This document shows positions 40,090 through 53,647 of a DNA stretch of 64,000 nucleotides, in pieces; positions within the stretch are counted from its first letter, which is position 1; every line of letters starts with the position of its first letter. A program made the translations under genes and the position numbers. The notes beneath the pieces are model-generated. The model saw only the letters and a list, made by a program, of their open reading frames with translations, was not told where the DNA came from and searched no databases. Where the stretch lies: positions 169,384,001-169,448,000 of the forward strand of contig OZ024742.1 of the NCBI GenBank assembly GCA_964016885.1. The letters run 5' to 3'. This stretch comes from Eledone cirrhosa (lineage: Eukaryota).

Positions 40090-40440
40090 GCCTGTCACAC
40101 CTGAACTAGGCGAGGAACTCAGCCCAGAGCAGCTAGGGGTTAATGTTACCAGCGGGTGCATGAGGACCGCTCATGACACTAGACAGTTCATCAACGACTG
40201 TGATTCTTGGCATCTCATCATCAAGCTTGTAATGAGAAATATGTGCAACTGAGTGTGCCATGACCACTTGCTCGAAGCTTGCCTCAGCCATGCCCCATCT
40301 GCTTACACACAGGCCTCCTGTCATATGGGTCCTCGATCATTCAATAGGGTAATCCATTGAGACCCCTCCTCTTTGCTCTCAGGGTTCACAACGTTGCTCA
40401 GAGCATCACTACCCCTCTCAATGCCTGGTACCAGGACGAT
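40090..40440 (+). mobile_element. CRE-clade RT fragment
   Basis: EQLGVNVTSGC..AH, IIKLVMRNMCN, Q*GNPLRPLLFAL and PLNAWYQDD (CRE-type WYLDD). Confidence 0.65.
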
Positions 40441-40589
40441 GTGATGATTAAATCCTATTCAAGTCCTAAACACATACACAGGGACATATTAAGTCCTTTT
40501 GAAACTCTAAACACATTCACTGAGCTGGATTAAGTCCTTTTGAAAGCACATACACATAGCCATATTAAGTTCTTCTGAGGCCTGAAGCT

Positions 40590-40790
40590 ATGATGGGGGT
40601 TGTACAACATGACCTGGTCTATTGAACAATCTATATAAGTAGATGAAATGGGGGTTATACAACATGGCCTGGTCTAGTGAACAATCTATATAGGTAGCTG
40701 TGATGGGGGTTATACAACATGACCTGGTCAAGTGACGTATCTATATAGATAGCTAGATGGGGGTTATACAGCATGATCTGGTCTAGTGAT
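40590..40790. repeat. ~53-bp minisatellite, 4 copies
   Basis: Units GATGGGGGTTATACAACATGACCTGGTCTAGTGAACAATCTATATA. Confidence 0.8.
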
Positions 40791-40912
40791 TATGATGAGG
40801 ATGATGTATAAAATATATATATATATATGTAAAAGGTAAACAGAAATAACACAATCGGTACAGTATATAGAAGGAATATATTAGGTTAATGCTTGAAATA
40901 GCAGGAAGAGGG

Positions 40913-40948
40913 TCTTAACGTTTCAGACGTTAGTCCTTCATCAGAAGA
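40913..40948 (-). ncRNA. Minimal hammerhead-like motif (loopless stem III, dimer type)
   Basis: TCTT-CTGATGA-AGGAC.TAAC.GTCT-GAAA-CG-TT-AAGA. Confidence 0.55.
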
Positions 40949-42971
40949 AAGAATGAGAAATAAGATTGAAGAGACGGGCAGGTTGGAATTGGAAAAAATG
41001 TCTTTAGATAAAAATAAAAATGGTCCATTCATGTTGACATCTCTTTGATAATTTTCAAAAAGCTGGTACAATGCAATAGAAAAATACAAAGGGCAAATGA
41101 TGACAAATGAAACAAAACAAAGTAATACTTTAACCAGTATATTTCAAAGCTATTACCCTCTTTTCAAATGTGGGGCTGAATCAGTTAAAAAAACGAGTGA
41201 TCAGTGAGTTCTTCCTTAATTAGCCTGCATGTCTGTAATAAATAACTACACTAATATATATATATATATTTTATCAGCATAATTTTGTTTTGTGATATTC
41301 TGAAGATACAACAATAAACACAGATAGTGAGTTTAATGTTAATTATATGATTTTATTTAATGAGATACAATTGTTTCATTTTTGATAATTAAAAAACAAA
41401 TATATTTTAAGTTCTTAAAAAAAAAACATTGAAAAAATATAATACAACCATTAAGATGTTTTATCAAATTTGATACTGTTTTACTAGTTTCAGTCATTTG
41501 AGCAGGGCCGTGTTGGGGCACAACCATGACAATGTCCACTTATTTAGAAAAAAATTAATTTAAGAAAAAGGGATTAAGAGTGATATAAATCTGGGATTAG
41601 ATCTGATTCTTAATTAATGTCTATGGTTTTATAGCTAATATTTCTGTTATAGTATCTAGTTTTGGTCCTCATGTTTTTGTGTTTCTTAGTTTAGATATAA
41701 ACAGAGGGCAATTTTACTTCTCATCCCTCAAGGGTTAATAGAAATGAGAGTAATTAAATTAGAAAATAAAGTAAATGTATAGACAAAAAAAGGATCATCT
41801 ACCCAGATATATGGTCTTGTGGCTAGGTATACAGTGAGCTTATCTCTTGATAACATATGACCTTGTGGCTAGCAAAATATAGCCGTCAGTCTAGATAACA
41901 TGTAGCTTTGTGTACTGTGACTTTATGTCTAAATATACTGAGATTTTGTGACTGTGTAAAAGCAAACATTATGTCATATTGCAAAAACATTCAACCCACG
42001 CTGTAAAGTGCTCATGTATGTGTCACGACAAAAAGTACCCAGACCACACTGTAAAGTGATTGTGTAGGTGTCACGACAAAAAGCACCCAGCCCATACTGT
42101 AAAGTGGTTATGTAGGAGTCATGACAAAAAACACCCAGCACATGCAGTAAATGTGGTTGGCATTAGGAAGGGCAGGCATCCAACCGTAGAAATCTAGCCA
42201 GAAAGTCCTATATGAGCAAGACACGGTCACCTGACCCAACTTGCCTACAATGGGACAACCCGTCTAACTCATGATAATGTGCAAAATGGACGCTCAACGT
42301 TGTTGATGATGATTATTGTCAGTAGGTGTGGTATTTATAGCCTGAATGAATAAGACTCCTCTTAACATGTACCTATAGGCCAAAAACCTAACTGGGAGAG
42401 GGTTTTTGTCCTTAACAGTAAAGATAATCAGGATCTGTTTCTTCACTGTCTCCAGATAACCCTCTCTCTTTGTGATATTTCATTTCCCTACCAGAACCAA
42501 TGCTAGCAGAGAAGAACAGGCATCATCTCTTTAGCATCCTGTAATGATTTAACAGAAAATATTTTAAAATAGGTTTATGTTTCAAATGCTTATAGTATCC
42601 TCACCAGTGGACAGATTGATGTGAAAATTTGCAGTATTAGACTTTAATATTTAATCTGATGCAGTAATAGTAGTGTTTTGTACTTTTCAAGAATGTCTTA
42701 CTAATGATCTTATGTAGTTTGTTAATTTTAATGCAGCCATAGTACTATTTTGTCCTGTTGAAGAATGTCTTGCTAATGTAGTTTCATGTGGTACAGGACA
42801 TCAAAAATTAAAGGATGATATGATGTTGAGAACTATTGTTTTCCATACCTGTTCTCTACTAGGGTCTATGTAAACTGTCATTGTAATGAGTCCTTACAAT
42901 TAATGTCACATCATCTATCTCCCTTGTGGCAAATGAAAAAAATAATAATTATAATTATTATTATTATTATT

Positions 42972-44700
42972 AAGGGTGATGGATTGGCAGTATTGGTAGA
43001 GCGTCAGACATGCTTTATGGCATATAACTATGGCCCTTTACATTCTGAGTTCAAATTCCACCAAGGTTAGCTTTGCTTCTCATCCTTATGGGGTCAATAA
43101 AATAAAGTACCAGTAATGCACTGGGGTCATTTAATCAACTTCCCCCTACCTTTCAAATTGCTGGTCTTGTGCCAAAAGTAGAAACAATTATTATATAGGG
43201 CAGTGGATTGGCAGAATCGTTAGTCAGATAAAATGCTTTGCGGTGATTGGCCCTGCTCTTTACACTGAGTTTAAATCCCGAGATCAGCTTTACCTTTCAA
43301 AGTTGATAAAATAAAGTACCAGTCAAGTAATAGAGCTGATGTAATTGACTTTCCTCTCCCCACAAATTGGTGGTCTTAGAAATTTTTTTTTTTCCTTTGA
43401 GGGCAGTGGATCAGCAGAATCATTAGTGTTGGACAAAATGCCTTGCAGCATTTAATAATGGTCCTTTACATTCTGAGTTCAAATTCTGCTGAGGGCAACT
43501 TTGCCTGTCATCTTTCTGCGGGCGATAAAATAAAGTATCAGTAATGCACTGGGATCAATTTAATCGATTCACTTTTCCCCAAAAAAATTGTTGGCCTTGT
43601 GCCTATATCAGAAACCATTATTATTATTCTCCCTGCAGCACAGGGAGATGAAGTAAGACCTGGGGGAAAGTTGTGAGGGTTGAGCTCAAGTTGCTGAAAC
43701 TCGGAGAGGAGATGACAAAGAACCATGATGAGTGGAGGGAAGATGTAGTGGAAAAAAGCTGTCCATTTAAGCAAGCATGGAACATCCTACATAAAATGAT
43801 GATGATGATGTTTATACTTCTAATTGAGGCACATGGCTAACAATTTGGTAGGAGGGGAAAGCTGATTTTATTGACACCAGTACATGACAGGTATTTTATC
43901 AACCTCGGAAATATAGAAGGCAAAATTGACCTTGGTGGGACTTGAACTCAGAACATAAAGAAATGAAACTAAATGCCACAAAACATTTTGTCTAATACTC
44001 TCAGGACTCTGCCCACAGTATAATAATAATAGTTTTGTTTTCATTTACTACAAGTGGGGGACATTAATTGCAAAGAGACATTGCAAAAACAACGAAGCTC
44101 TGTGAAATATGTCTAGCTCAAGAACACAGTTTATCACTGGGAATTGAACTAAACACCTTACAATTGTGAGCCGAACACCTTAATCACTAAGCCACATACC
44201 TTTATGTCTGCTGTCCTCTTCTCTGTCCACCACTCTCTTCCTCTTGATAACAATAATTATAATAATTATTTCTACTTTTGGCACAAGGCCAGCAATTACC
44301 CAGTGCATTACTAGTACTTTATTTTATCAACCCCGTAAGGATGAAAGGCAAAGTTGACCTCGGCGGGATTTGAACAAAGAATGGCAAGGGTCGTAACTAT
44401 GCGTCAAAGCATGGCGTCCGACCCTCTACCATTATGATTTCTAGTATAGGCACAAGGCCAGTAATTTTTTTTTTTGGGGGGGGGAGTCGATTAAATCAAA
44501 CCCCAAAAGGATGAAAGGCAAAGTTAACCTCGGTGGGATTTGAACTCAGATCATAAAGGGTCGTAACTCTATGCTGCAAAGCATGGTGTCCGACGCTCTA
44601 CCGACACTGCCAATCTACCTCCCTGAATAATAATGTTTTAATTTAGGCACAAGGCCAGCACTTTGTGGGGAAGGGAAAATCAATTACACCAACCCCAACT
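42972..44700. mobile_element. Cluster of family B SINEs: three on + (42972-43630), then about four on - (43815-44700)
   Basis: Repeated GGATTGGCAG...TTCTGAGTTCAAAT...GGCCTTGTGCC...(TTA)n units and their reverse complements. Confidence 0.8.
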
Positions 44701-44714
44701 GGTTATATTGACCT

Positions 44715-45071
44715 GGAGGCACATGGCTTTGCAATCGAAAGGTTGTGAGTTCAATTCTCAGACCGGGTGATGTGTTGTTTGATTGAGCAAGACACTTTAT
44801 TTCACATTGCCCCAGTTTACTCAACTGTAGAAATGAGATGATAGGGACTGGGGTCCCTATCATTCCACTGCAAAGTGGTTGTGGAAGTGCCACGGCGAAA
44901 AAGCACCCAACCCACACTGTAAAGTGGACGTGTAGGCGCCACGGAAAAAAAAGCACCCAGCACTGTAAATGAGGTTGGTGTTAGGAAGGGCATCCAGCTG
45001 TAGAAATCAAGCCAGAATCAGTTCCCGTCCCACCTTTGCAAGCAGGGAAAAGCGGACATATGATGATGATG
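44715..45071 (+). mobile_element. Family A tRNA-derived SINE
   Basis: Nearly identical to 5172-5560 except for a deletion in the head. Confidence 0.85.
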
Positions 45072-45585
45072 AGCAAGATTTGAACTCAGAATGAAAAGAG
45101 CCAGAACAAATAGAGCTGAGGATTTGTTTCATTTTAACAGCTGCCAATCCACCGGCCAGGTGGTGATGATGATAACAAAAATAATAATGGCTTAAAATTT
45201 GGGCAGCAGAATTTGAACACAAAACAAAGAGCTGGATCAAACATTAGGAGTTAATTTTTCCAACGCTCTAACAATTCTGCCAATCCAATGTCATTTAAGA
45301 TTTTAAGATAATGAAAAAACAAAAAAAAAACATGAAAATAAACAACAATGGCAATAAAATGTTTTTTTTTGTTTTTATTTTTTTAAATTATTGTTCAAAA
45401 GGCCCTACATAGATTGTAAATGAAATGAGGGGGTTATGATGTTGAAGTCTTAAATAAGGAAAAGACACCTTAGATAATGTAGTCCACCAAAGAAACACAC
45501 GTCACGGCTGGAATGCTTTTGATCATAATTCTACTTAATCAAAGTTGACTTGGGGCTACATACACACACATATATATGTATATTC

Positions 45586-45656
<71 letters not shown>

Positions 45657-45689
45657 CATTTATATATATATATATATATATGTATATTC

Positions 45690-45720
<31 letters not shown>

Positions 45721-46085
45721 ATCTTCCGCATATAAGTGATCGCGCATGTGTGTGTGTGTTTATACGCGCGCTTTCATAATCATATGTGTATCTAATACCT
45801 GCTTCTGCATTCGTGTCAACTAGATTATATCCGTATTTGTGGTTACATATACACAAATATACTTGCCATCATTTATGTACTTACGCACACATTTTCACCA
45901 TACACACGCATTTGTACATACATACATATGTACATTTGTGAGTGTATATACATACATATATACACACCTAACTATATTTCTTTATATTTTTTTATATATT
46001 TTTTGTCTATTGCATTACCTTTATTTATATATATATATATTTTTTGCATTTCTTGAGGAGACTTTCCAAATTTTTCAGTTTTATA

Positions 46086-46161
46086 TTGCCTTGTCCGACG
46101 AACGAATGAGGACGTTTCTTTCGTATTCGTCTTATTCGGGAAACCTCTGGTAATGAGGTAA
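46086..46161 (+). ncRNA. Type I hammerhead motif with a U4-to-C core change
   Basis: Stem I TTGCCTTGT/ATGAGGTAA; core CCGACGA; stem II CGAATGAGGACG/CGTCTTATTCG; GAAA; CCTCTGG; TA. Confidence 0.6.
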
Positions 46162-46514
46162 TTATATTGTATTGTTTATTATACATTAAATTTTGCTCTG
46201 GTACTTACATAGAGCACTCTTCACTCCTATGACTTTCAATTCCAACGGAAACTTGAATACATATATATATATACATATACATATATATATATATACATAC
46301 ATATATACATAATATACATATATATATAATATATACATATATATATAATATATACATATATATATAATATATACATATATATATAATATATACATATATA
46401 CATAATATATACATATATACATAATATATACATATATACATAATATACACATATATACATAATATACACATATATACATAATATACATATATATATAATA
46501 TATACATAATATAC

Positions 46515-46545
<31 letters not shown>

Positions 46546-49531
46546 CTACAAGCTCGTGGTAGAACCTCTACTTTCTCTAACATATATATATTTATATAGT
46601 ACGCGTTACTCAGGAATTTGACCTGTATACTCACAGGATCATCAGAAAAGACTCCTGTATATTGATTCCAGTACTTGACTGCTACTTTATCGACTTCGGC
46701 AAGATTTAAATTCAGTGTGTAGAAAGACACAACTATATACCACAAAGCATTTTGTCTGTAAATCCACTAACCGAACTACTTTAATAATAATAATAATATG
46801 GTGAAGGCGCATTGCTTAGTGGTTAGAGTGTCGGATTCACAATCGTAAAGTTTTGAGTTCAATTCCTGGACCAGGTGATAAGTTGTCCTTGAGCAAGACA
46901 ACTCTTTCATGTTGCCCAGTTCACTCAGCTGTAGAAATGAGTTGCAACGTCACTGGTGCCAAGTTGTATTGGCCTTTGCCTTTCCCTTGGACAACATTAG
47001 TGACATGGAGAGGGGAGACAAGTATGCATGGGCGACTTGGTCTTCCACGAAAACTCTTGCCCAGATTAGTGCCTTAGAGAGGGAGAGAGGGAACTTTCTA
47101 GGTGCAAATCCCATGGTCATACATAACCAAAGGTCTTTACATTAATAATAATAATAATAAAAATAATGGTTTCTAATTTAAATGCAAGGCTAGAAATTTG
47201 GTGGGGAAGGAGAAAGTTGATGAAATCCATTTTGGAAGGACCTCAACAGGATTTGAACCCAGAATGTAAAGAACTGTAACTAAACACCACAAAGCATGTA
47301 TCTAATGCTGTAACAAATCTCCCAATCTACCATGCTACTCCCATAAATTATATTTTAAGAATGGTGAAACTTGTAAAGAAAATTCCTCTTTGTTGCCGAA
47401 CTCTAGAGCTTTAGGGTGTTTATCCATCATGGTATGACCATACTGGAACCCTACATATATTATAAGGAGAAAATGCCACATGAATAATTGTTTCTCAGAT
47501 AGCATGACACTTCAGATTCCTTTAATGAGGCTTTTTGGATGTTCATGTGCCTATCCCCACAAAAGATCTGTGATATACACAACATTTATAAAACAATGAT
47601 TTCTTACATTGGCAAACGGTCAGAAATATTAAAAGGAGGAAGCTGTTGATTATATCAAGTCCCTAGCACACGACTGGTATTTTATCAACTTCAGAAAAAT
47701 AAAAGGCAAATGCCCACCTGACTAAAATAAACATCTGGCATATTGCTATGTTTGATATGTAGAAAAGGAGTAGGTAGGAATTCTATATTGTAGCAGCTAA
47801 TAAAAATTATGGATGCGCAAAGGTTGCAGTGAGATTACCAAGAGTTTGACAGAGAAGGTCTTTGAATGTAGTAGATGCACAGGAGTAGTTAGCAAAAGAG
47901 CACCCATGAAATGCAATCTTTCAACTATCTAGGAGGCTTGCTAGAAGTAGCTGAGAGCTGCTGTTACGTAGGCGAAATTATTTGCAGAGGAGATGACTAT
48001 TGCAAAAACATACCAGCTACAGTTATAATAAAGGTTTATTACTTTGAATGAAGGGCAGATTATATGAGATATGTGTTAAGTATGATATTGCATGGTAATG
48101 AAAAGAGAAGCACTCAAAATGAAAAGAAATGAGGCAATATGCTCTGTTGGATATATAATGTCAGCCTGCTGACACAATGGAACAGAGATGAAATGAATAA
48201 AGGGATTTAAAAAAAATCTTTTTGTTGTTCATCCAAGAAAGCCACAAAAATGCAAGGGGTTCGTGAGAAGGGAGGACAAGAGAGAGAAGGTAATGACTGA
48301 GGAAGGAAACTATCAGAATAGAATTTTCCATTGCATTTAGAAAATTTAACAGTAAATGGATAAAACCTAACCACCAGATGAGTAGTAGAGATATTATCAG
48401 TTGTGGTTTATAGAAAGAGAAGACTGTACTGGTATATATATGTGTGTGTGTGAGTAGGTTGGAAAACAGTCGGGGTTTGCAAACTAAGCTGAAGTAAGCT
48501 GAATGAAAATATGGGGAGAAAGGTGAACTCAGGACACAGAACTTCACAAGGGGGTTGACAAAGGACCACAATAAGGCGGGACATGTGGAAACTACAGCAG
48601 GAAAAAGATAGATGGGTGGAACAAGTTGCCGTTTTTTAGTTCTAAGTCAGAACTATGATTAAAAGGCAAAATTCCAGCCATTATGACCATGCCACTTTTT
48701 TTCAGTCATAGTATATCTTTGATGGCATATGGCAACAAATGTTGCTAGATGGAGGTGGCATGCAGCCAGCAAGCTTACAGAAGCAAAGGCATGAAAGAGA
48801 GAGATAGATAGAGAGAGGAGGATAAATGTTGCTGCCAGTTAATCTAAATTACATAGAAGAAAGGAAAAGAAAAATAGGGAAGTCCTTATGAAGTTTTGCA
48901 ATTTTAAGATGTCAACCAGTTTTAAAATTTGGTCAGAGAAAATTTGTGTGTATGTGTGTGTGTGTTTGTATCCCAACACAAATGATAACAAATAATAGTT
49001 GATCACTATAGATAGTAGAAAATTAGGTGAAGTCCCACCTGGAGATAAAAAATAGTGGACAAAGGCACCTGCAACTATTATTGTAGTCATTTGTGATGGG
49101 ATGCACACATCGCAAATTTCCACGAATTCAAATTTCTTAAATCAACCGTTATGTTTCCCGTCCACCCTGTAAGGTGATTATGTGAGTGACGACAAAAAGC
49201 ATCCAGTCTACTTTGTTAGATGGTCATTTTGGTGCCATGATAAAAAAAAAAACCTGTCTACACTGTAGAAACCAAGCCAAAGTACAGATCTATATGAGCT
49301 ATACGTGGTCACCTGACTCATAAAATGACTATATATATATATATAAAAAGAAATATATTATAAGCAGTCATGGTTAACCACTCTATATATATATAAAAAG
49401 AAATATATTATAAGCAGTCATGGTTAACCACTCTATATATATATATATACAGGTATAACTTTATCATATATATATTTATCAAATAAGATGCATGTTAGTA
49501 TCAGCAGAAAATGTTACTGTGTGCATTTTCT

Positions 49532-49569
<38 letters not shown>

Positions 49570-49798
49570 ACTCTTTTTTTTTTTAACTGTTGGAATCCTT
49601 ATATGTCTTTTGATAGTTATTCACCTGTCTGTTCTATATGGGTGAGGCTTTCCTATAAACTATTCGATATGATGTGCTCCATAACATGTTTCTCACTCAC
49701 AAGTTTGCAGAAAGCTGGATCAGTAAATTGCATTGGCTTTTTTGCCTCTGTCAGAAAATCAATCTAATTCCTTAAAATGTATAGATATACTTACACAT

Positions 49799-49844
<46 letters not shown>

Positions 49845-50301
49845 TTCATGAAGAGATAGCTAGAAAAACAGAATAAAGTGTATGGAGTGTCAAAACATAG
49901 ACTATTTTCACTTTTGACAATCAGGAGTTTAAAATAATAATTATTTTTACTTTTGGCACAAAGCCAGCAATTTGAAGGAAAAGGGAAAATCGATCAAATC
50001 AATTCCAGTGCATTAATGGTACTTCCTTTTATCGACTCCATAAGGATGAAAGATAAAGCTAACCTTGGTGGGATTTGAACAAAAAAATGTAACTATATGC
50101 CACAAAGCACGTTGTCCGGCCTTCTGCCAATCTACTGCCCTCATAATAATAATAATAATTATGGTTTCTAATATGAGCAAAAGACCAGTAATTCTTGAGG
50201 AGGGGAAAGTTGTTTATAACTGGTGCTTTATTTTATTGACCTCAAAAAGATAAAAGGCAAAGTTGACCTCGGCAGGATTTGAACCCAGAACATAGAAAGT
50301 C

Positions 50302-50333
<32 letters not shown>

Positions 50334-50702
50334 TAATGTCAGCTAAATTTTTTTAAAAGAAATTACTCCCCCTTCCCCCACAATACAAATAATAGAAAAA
50401 ACACCACCAACAACCAAATGTTATGAAGATGCTCTGACATTATTTCAGCAAATACCCCCACTCATCAAAGAATACTGCCCTCCCCCTGTCTCCAGAATCT
50501 GTTGCATTAATTTGTTTTCTTCTTTTTCTTTTTGCTCAGCAAAAAAAAAAAAATGTTGGTAGTAGTAAAATAAATTACAGAATAGGAAAATGTTTCAATG
50601 ATGATCCTGTCTGCAGTTGTTGTTTAAAAAACCCCCGATTGGTTCTCGGCTCTGCTAACCCATTCTTGTAGAAGACGTTTCTGTGGCTGACAATGCTGCA
50701 AT

Positions 50703-50787
50703 TCAGCCAACCTTTCGCAAATATTCTGGAGTCACAGATATATAGTCAGAGACATTGAATAGGTTTGCAACGTTCTTCTGTAAATAT
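50703..50787 (-). CDS. MORF4L1: MRG15 last coding exon YLQKNVANLFNVSDYISVTPEYLRKVG*
   Basis: Acceptor ttccttccAG, phase 2 start, TGA at 50705-50703. Matches the MRG15 C-terminus YLAKNSATLF..DYEVAPPEYHRKAV. Confidence 0.95.
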
Positions 50788-51655
50788 CTGGAAGGAAATA
50801 AGATGAAAAACAAAATATAATAAACAATTGCTTAACTCCGGCTGGAGTTGTAGGGGTACCATACATAGTGACATAGAGCAGAACCAATCTCCTATCTTGG
50901 TGAGAGAGAGAGAGAAGGAAGTGAGAAAGAGATATAGAGGAAGAATTGATCCTAGTACTGAATTGGTACTTTTTTTTTATTGATCTTGAAACGATGAAAA
51001 ACAAAGCCGACCAAAGAGCCGGAACAAATACCGCAAAGCAATTGATCCAATGTTCTAATAATTCTGCCAATACACCTATAATCGTTTAGTTATGAGGAAA
51101 AATATTGGAAGCTCAATGGCGGACTCTTCTGTGATTGATTTTCAATGAACTAATGTTCCAGGTATTTATTCAATTGATCTATGGTGTTACGTACCTCTTT
51201 TAATTATGGTGTAAAAGGCTGAGAATTCTAGACATCCTTCCTTAACATAAGCCTCAAGCAGTATCAATATTGTCCTCTGTAACATGGCATAGCCTTGTGT
51301 AACATGGTGAGGTCCTGCGTAACACAGAAAAGCCCTGTGTAACATGTCTAAGCTCTGTGTAACATGGCAAGCCCCTGTGTAACATGGAGAAGTCCTAACA
51401 TGGCTACTTGAATCAAAAGCACAATTTATCTGCTGTTTATATTTTTCTCTGTCAGCAATTCTTCATTCAAGACAAGTCCCTTAGCCAGGGAATCCTAAAA
51501 TGTTTCCTCCAAACTAATTAGACAAGGCAATACAAAATATGAATGGCTAAATATTGAACTGATTAACAAACTTGAACTACAAATTTTGGATAAAAAAAGA
51601 GAAATATATATGCATACCAATTACACAGAGATAAAGAAACTGAATAAAAACAAAC

Positions 51656-51740
51656 CTGAGAAAATCATGAAGATGGGTTAACAGCAACTGTATACTCTTT
51701 TCATCAAGTGAAGTGTAGGCAAGCATGCCTCCAATCTTGA
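51656..51740 (-). CDS. MORF4L1: MRG15 exon [28 protein letters not shown](R)
   Basis: Acceptor gtttAG, donor AG|gtttgt, 85 nt (phase 1 to 2). Matches IGAMLAYTPLDEKS...LHDFLK. Confidence 0.96.
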
Positions 51741-52729
51741 CTAAACATTGGGCAGAAAACAAAGGGGAAAAATCATAAATCTATGTTTAAATAAAATTTT
51801 ATGTAAAAAATTTTTTAGAATACACATATATACACATGGACTCTCTAGTAGTGCTAGTGCCACAATAAAATGCACCCAGTACGCTCTGTAAAGTAATTGA
51901 CATTAGGAAGGACATCCAGGTGTAGAAAACATGCCAAAATATGGAGTGTATGAGCAAGATGTAGTTATCTGACCATGTCATGACATGGACTGTGACAGTC
52001 CATCAAACCTATGGTGGCATGGCATAGGTTTGACAGGCTGTCAGATGTATGGGTTAGATGGGTTATGTACTGAGGCTAGACTGGTCAGTCACATGGTTTA
52101 GATGGGTTGTTATTTCCTGAGGCTAAACTGGTCAGTCATATGGGTTGTTATGTACTGAGGTTAAACAGGTCAGTTGCATGGGTTAGATGGGTTGTTATGT
52201 ACTGGCCGTCTAACCCATGCTAGCGTGGAAGATGGACGTTAAACAAAGATGATGATGATGAGGGGATAATATTTGGCTTGCATGGGTTAGATGGGTTGTC
52301 ACATACTGAGGCTTGACTGGTCAGTTGTATGGGTTAGATGGGTTATTATGTACTGAGGTAAGACTGGGCAGTTCCATGAGTTAGATGTGTTATGTACTGA
52401 GGCTAGACAGGTCATATAACTACATCCTACTGTTACTCTACGTTTTTTGGCTTGGTTGACAGCTGGATGCCCTTCCATAACACCAATATATTGTAAGTTA
52501 AAAGTTAGAATATGTGATAAATCAAATGTAATGAAACAAGTAGAAAATGGGACAAAATGCAAACAAATACTTTCCATTCTAGGCAAGGACCAAAAATCGT
52601 GTGTAAACCATCAGATATTCTAAGACAAGATTTTAAGCAACATCATCGTTAAAAATGATAGCTCTACCTAGATAGCATACTAGTTATCTTTGGATATTGA
52701 GGAGCAAAGAAATCCCAGTGGAAGGGAGC

Positions 52730-52945
52730 TACAGTAAAGGGAGACAATGCAAGTCTTGGGATAAGGTTGGGGCTACAGTAGAGGAAGACCATGGAAGACT
52801 TGGGATGAGGTTGGGGCTACAGTAGAGGGAGGTCATGGAAGACTTGGGATGTGGTTGGGGCTACAGTAGAAGGTTATCGAAGACTTGAGATGAAGTTGGG
52901 GTAACAGTAGAGGGAGGTTAAGGAAGACTTGGGATGAGGTTGTGA
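52730..52945 (+). repeat. ~41-bp minisatellite, about 5 copies, resembling the RTE ORF C-terminus
   Basis: Units GGGGCTACAGTAGAGGGAGGTCATGGAAGACTTGGGATGAGGTT resemble the GRPxKTWDEV coding stretch at 2503-2532. Confidence 0.7.
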
Positions 52946-53294
52946 GAGCTCATCTGAATTTACCAAATTTAATCGCTGCAGCAAGTGGGGGGATGCTGAG
53001 CTGGAAAGGACTCATCCAAACCATGCAAGTTTGGAAAAACGGGCGTAAAACGATGATGATGATGATGGTGGTGGTGGTGGTGGTGAAGCTGCTGTGTTGA
53101 ATCACAACTAAAATATGTCAGTGTATTGCCTAAATACCCAATAGTTTGTATTTTATCACTCACATTATATTATGAAGATAGACACAGTTCATCAACATTA
53201 ATGATTTATACAGGTTTTAGGCTGAGTGGATCTGTGACAGTCCTTTGTCAGCTGACATACAATAAATATTACAATAAAGACAATATCAACTTAC

Positions 53295-53364
53295 CAAAAA
53301 GTCGTAGAAGATGAGTAGCACCGTAAATAGAAGACATCGGAATATCGGGATAAGCTGCAAGGAG
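53295..53364 (-). CDS. MORF4L1: MRG15 exon LLAAYPDIPMSSIYGATHLLRLF
   Basis: Acceptor attccAG, donor G|gtaagt, 70 nt (phase 0 to 1). Contains the YGAxHLLRLF motif. Confidence 0.96.
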
Positions 53365-53379
53365 CTGGAATATAAATAT

Positions 53380-53638
53380 CATTATTATCATCATCCTTTA
53401 ACGTCCATTTTCCAAACTTGCATTAGGACGATAATAAACAGGAGAAGAGAGCACTGATGGACTCCTACCTGCATGCTTAATGCTTCACTATAGCCATGCT
53501 ATAAACTTTCTGACTGCTCCTCTATATATGGCTTGTATTACCTTCACAAGCCGCGCATCTACTCCTAGTTTTCTAAGAGTCCACCAGATAATGGTTCGGG
53601 GGACTCTGTCAAATGTTTTCTCCAGGTCAACAAATGCC
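53380..53638 (-). mobile_element. Internally deleted RTE (RT fragment fused to the 3' tail)
   Basis: AFVDLEKTFDRVPRTIIWWTLRKLGV, then an RTE tail and (GAT)n next to the MRG15 acceptor. Confidence 0.75.
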
Positions 53639-53647
53639 TATATATAT

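Noticed and set aside
46595-46650. Hammerhead motif on the minus strand
   Set aside because: CTGATGA and a stem II are present, but GAAA is replaced and stem I does not close.
45545-46745. Tyr/Ile-rich ORFs (also at 9857, 12004, 20675, 21344 and 39766)
   Set aside because: These are translations of (TA)n, (CA)n, (CT)n and (CAT)n microsatellites.
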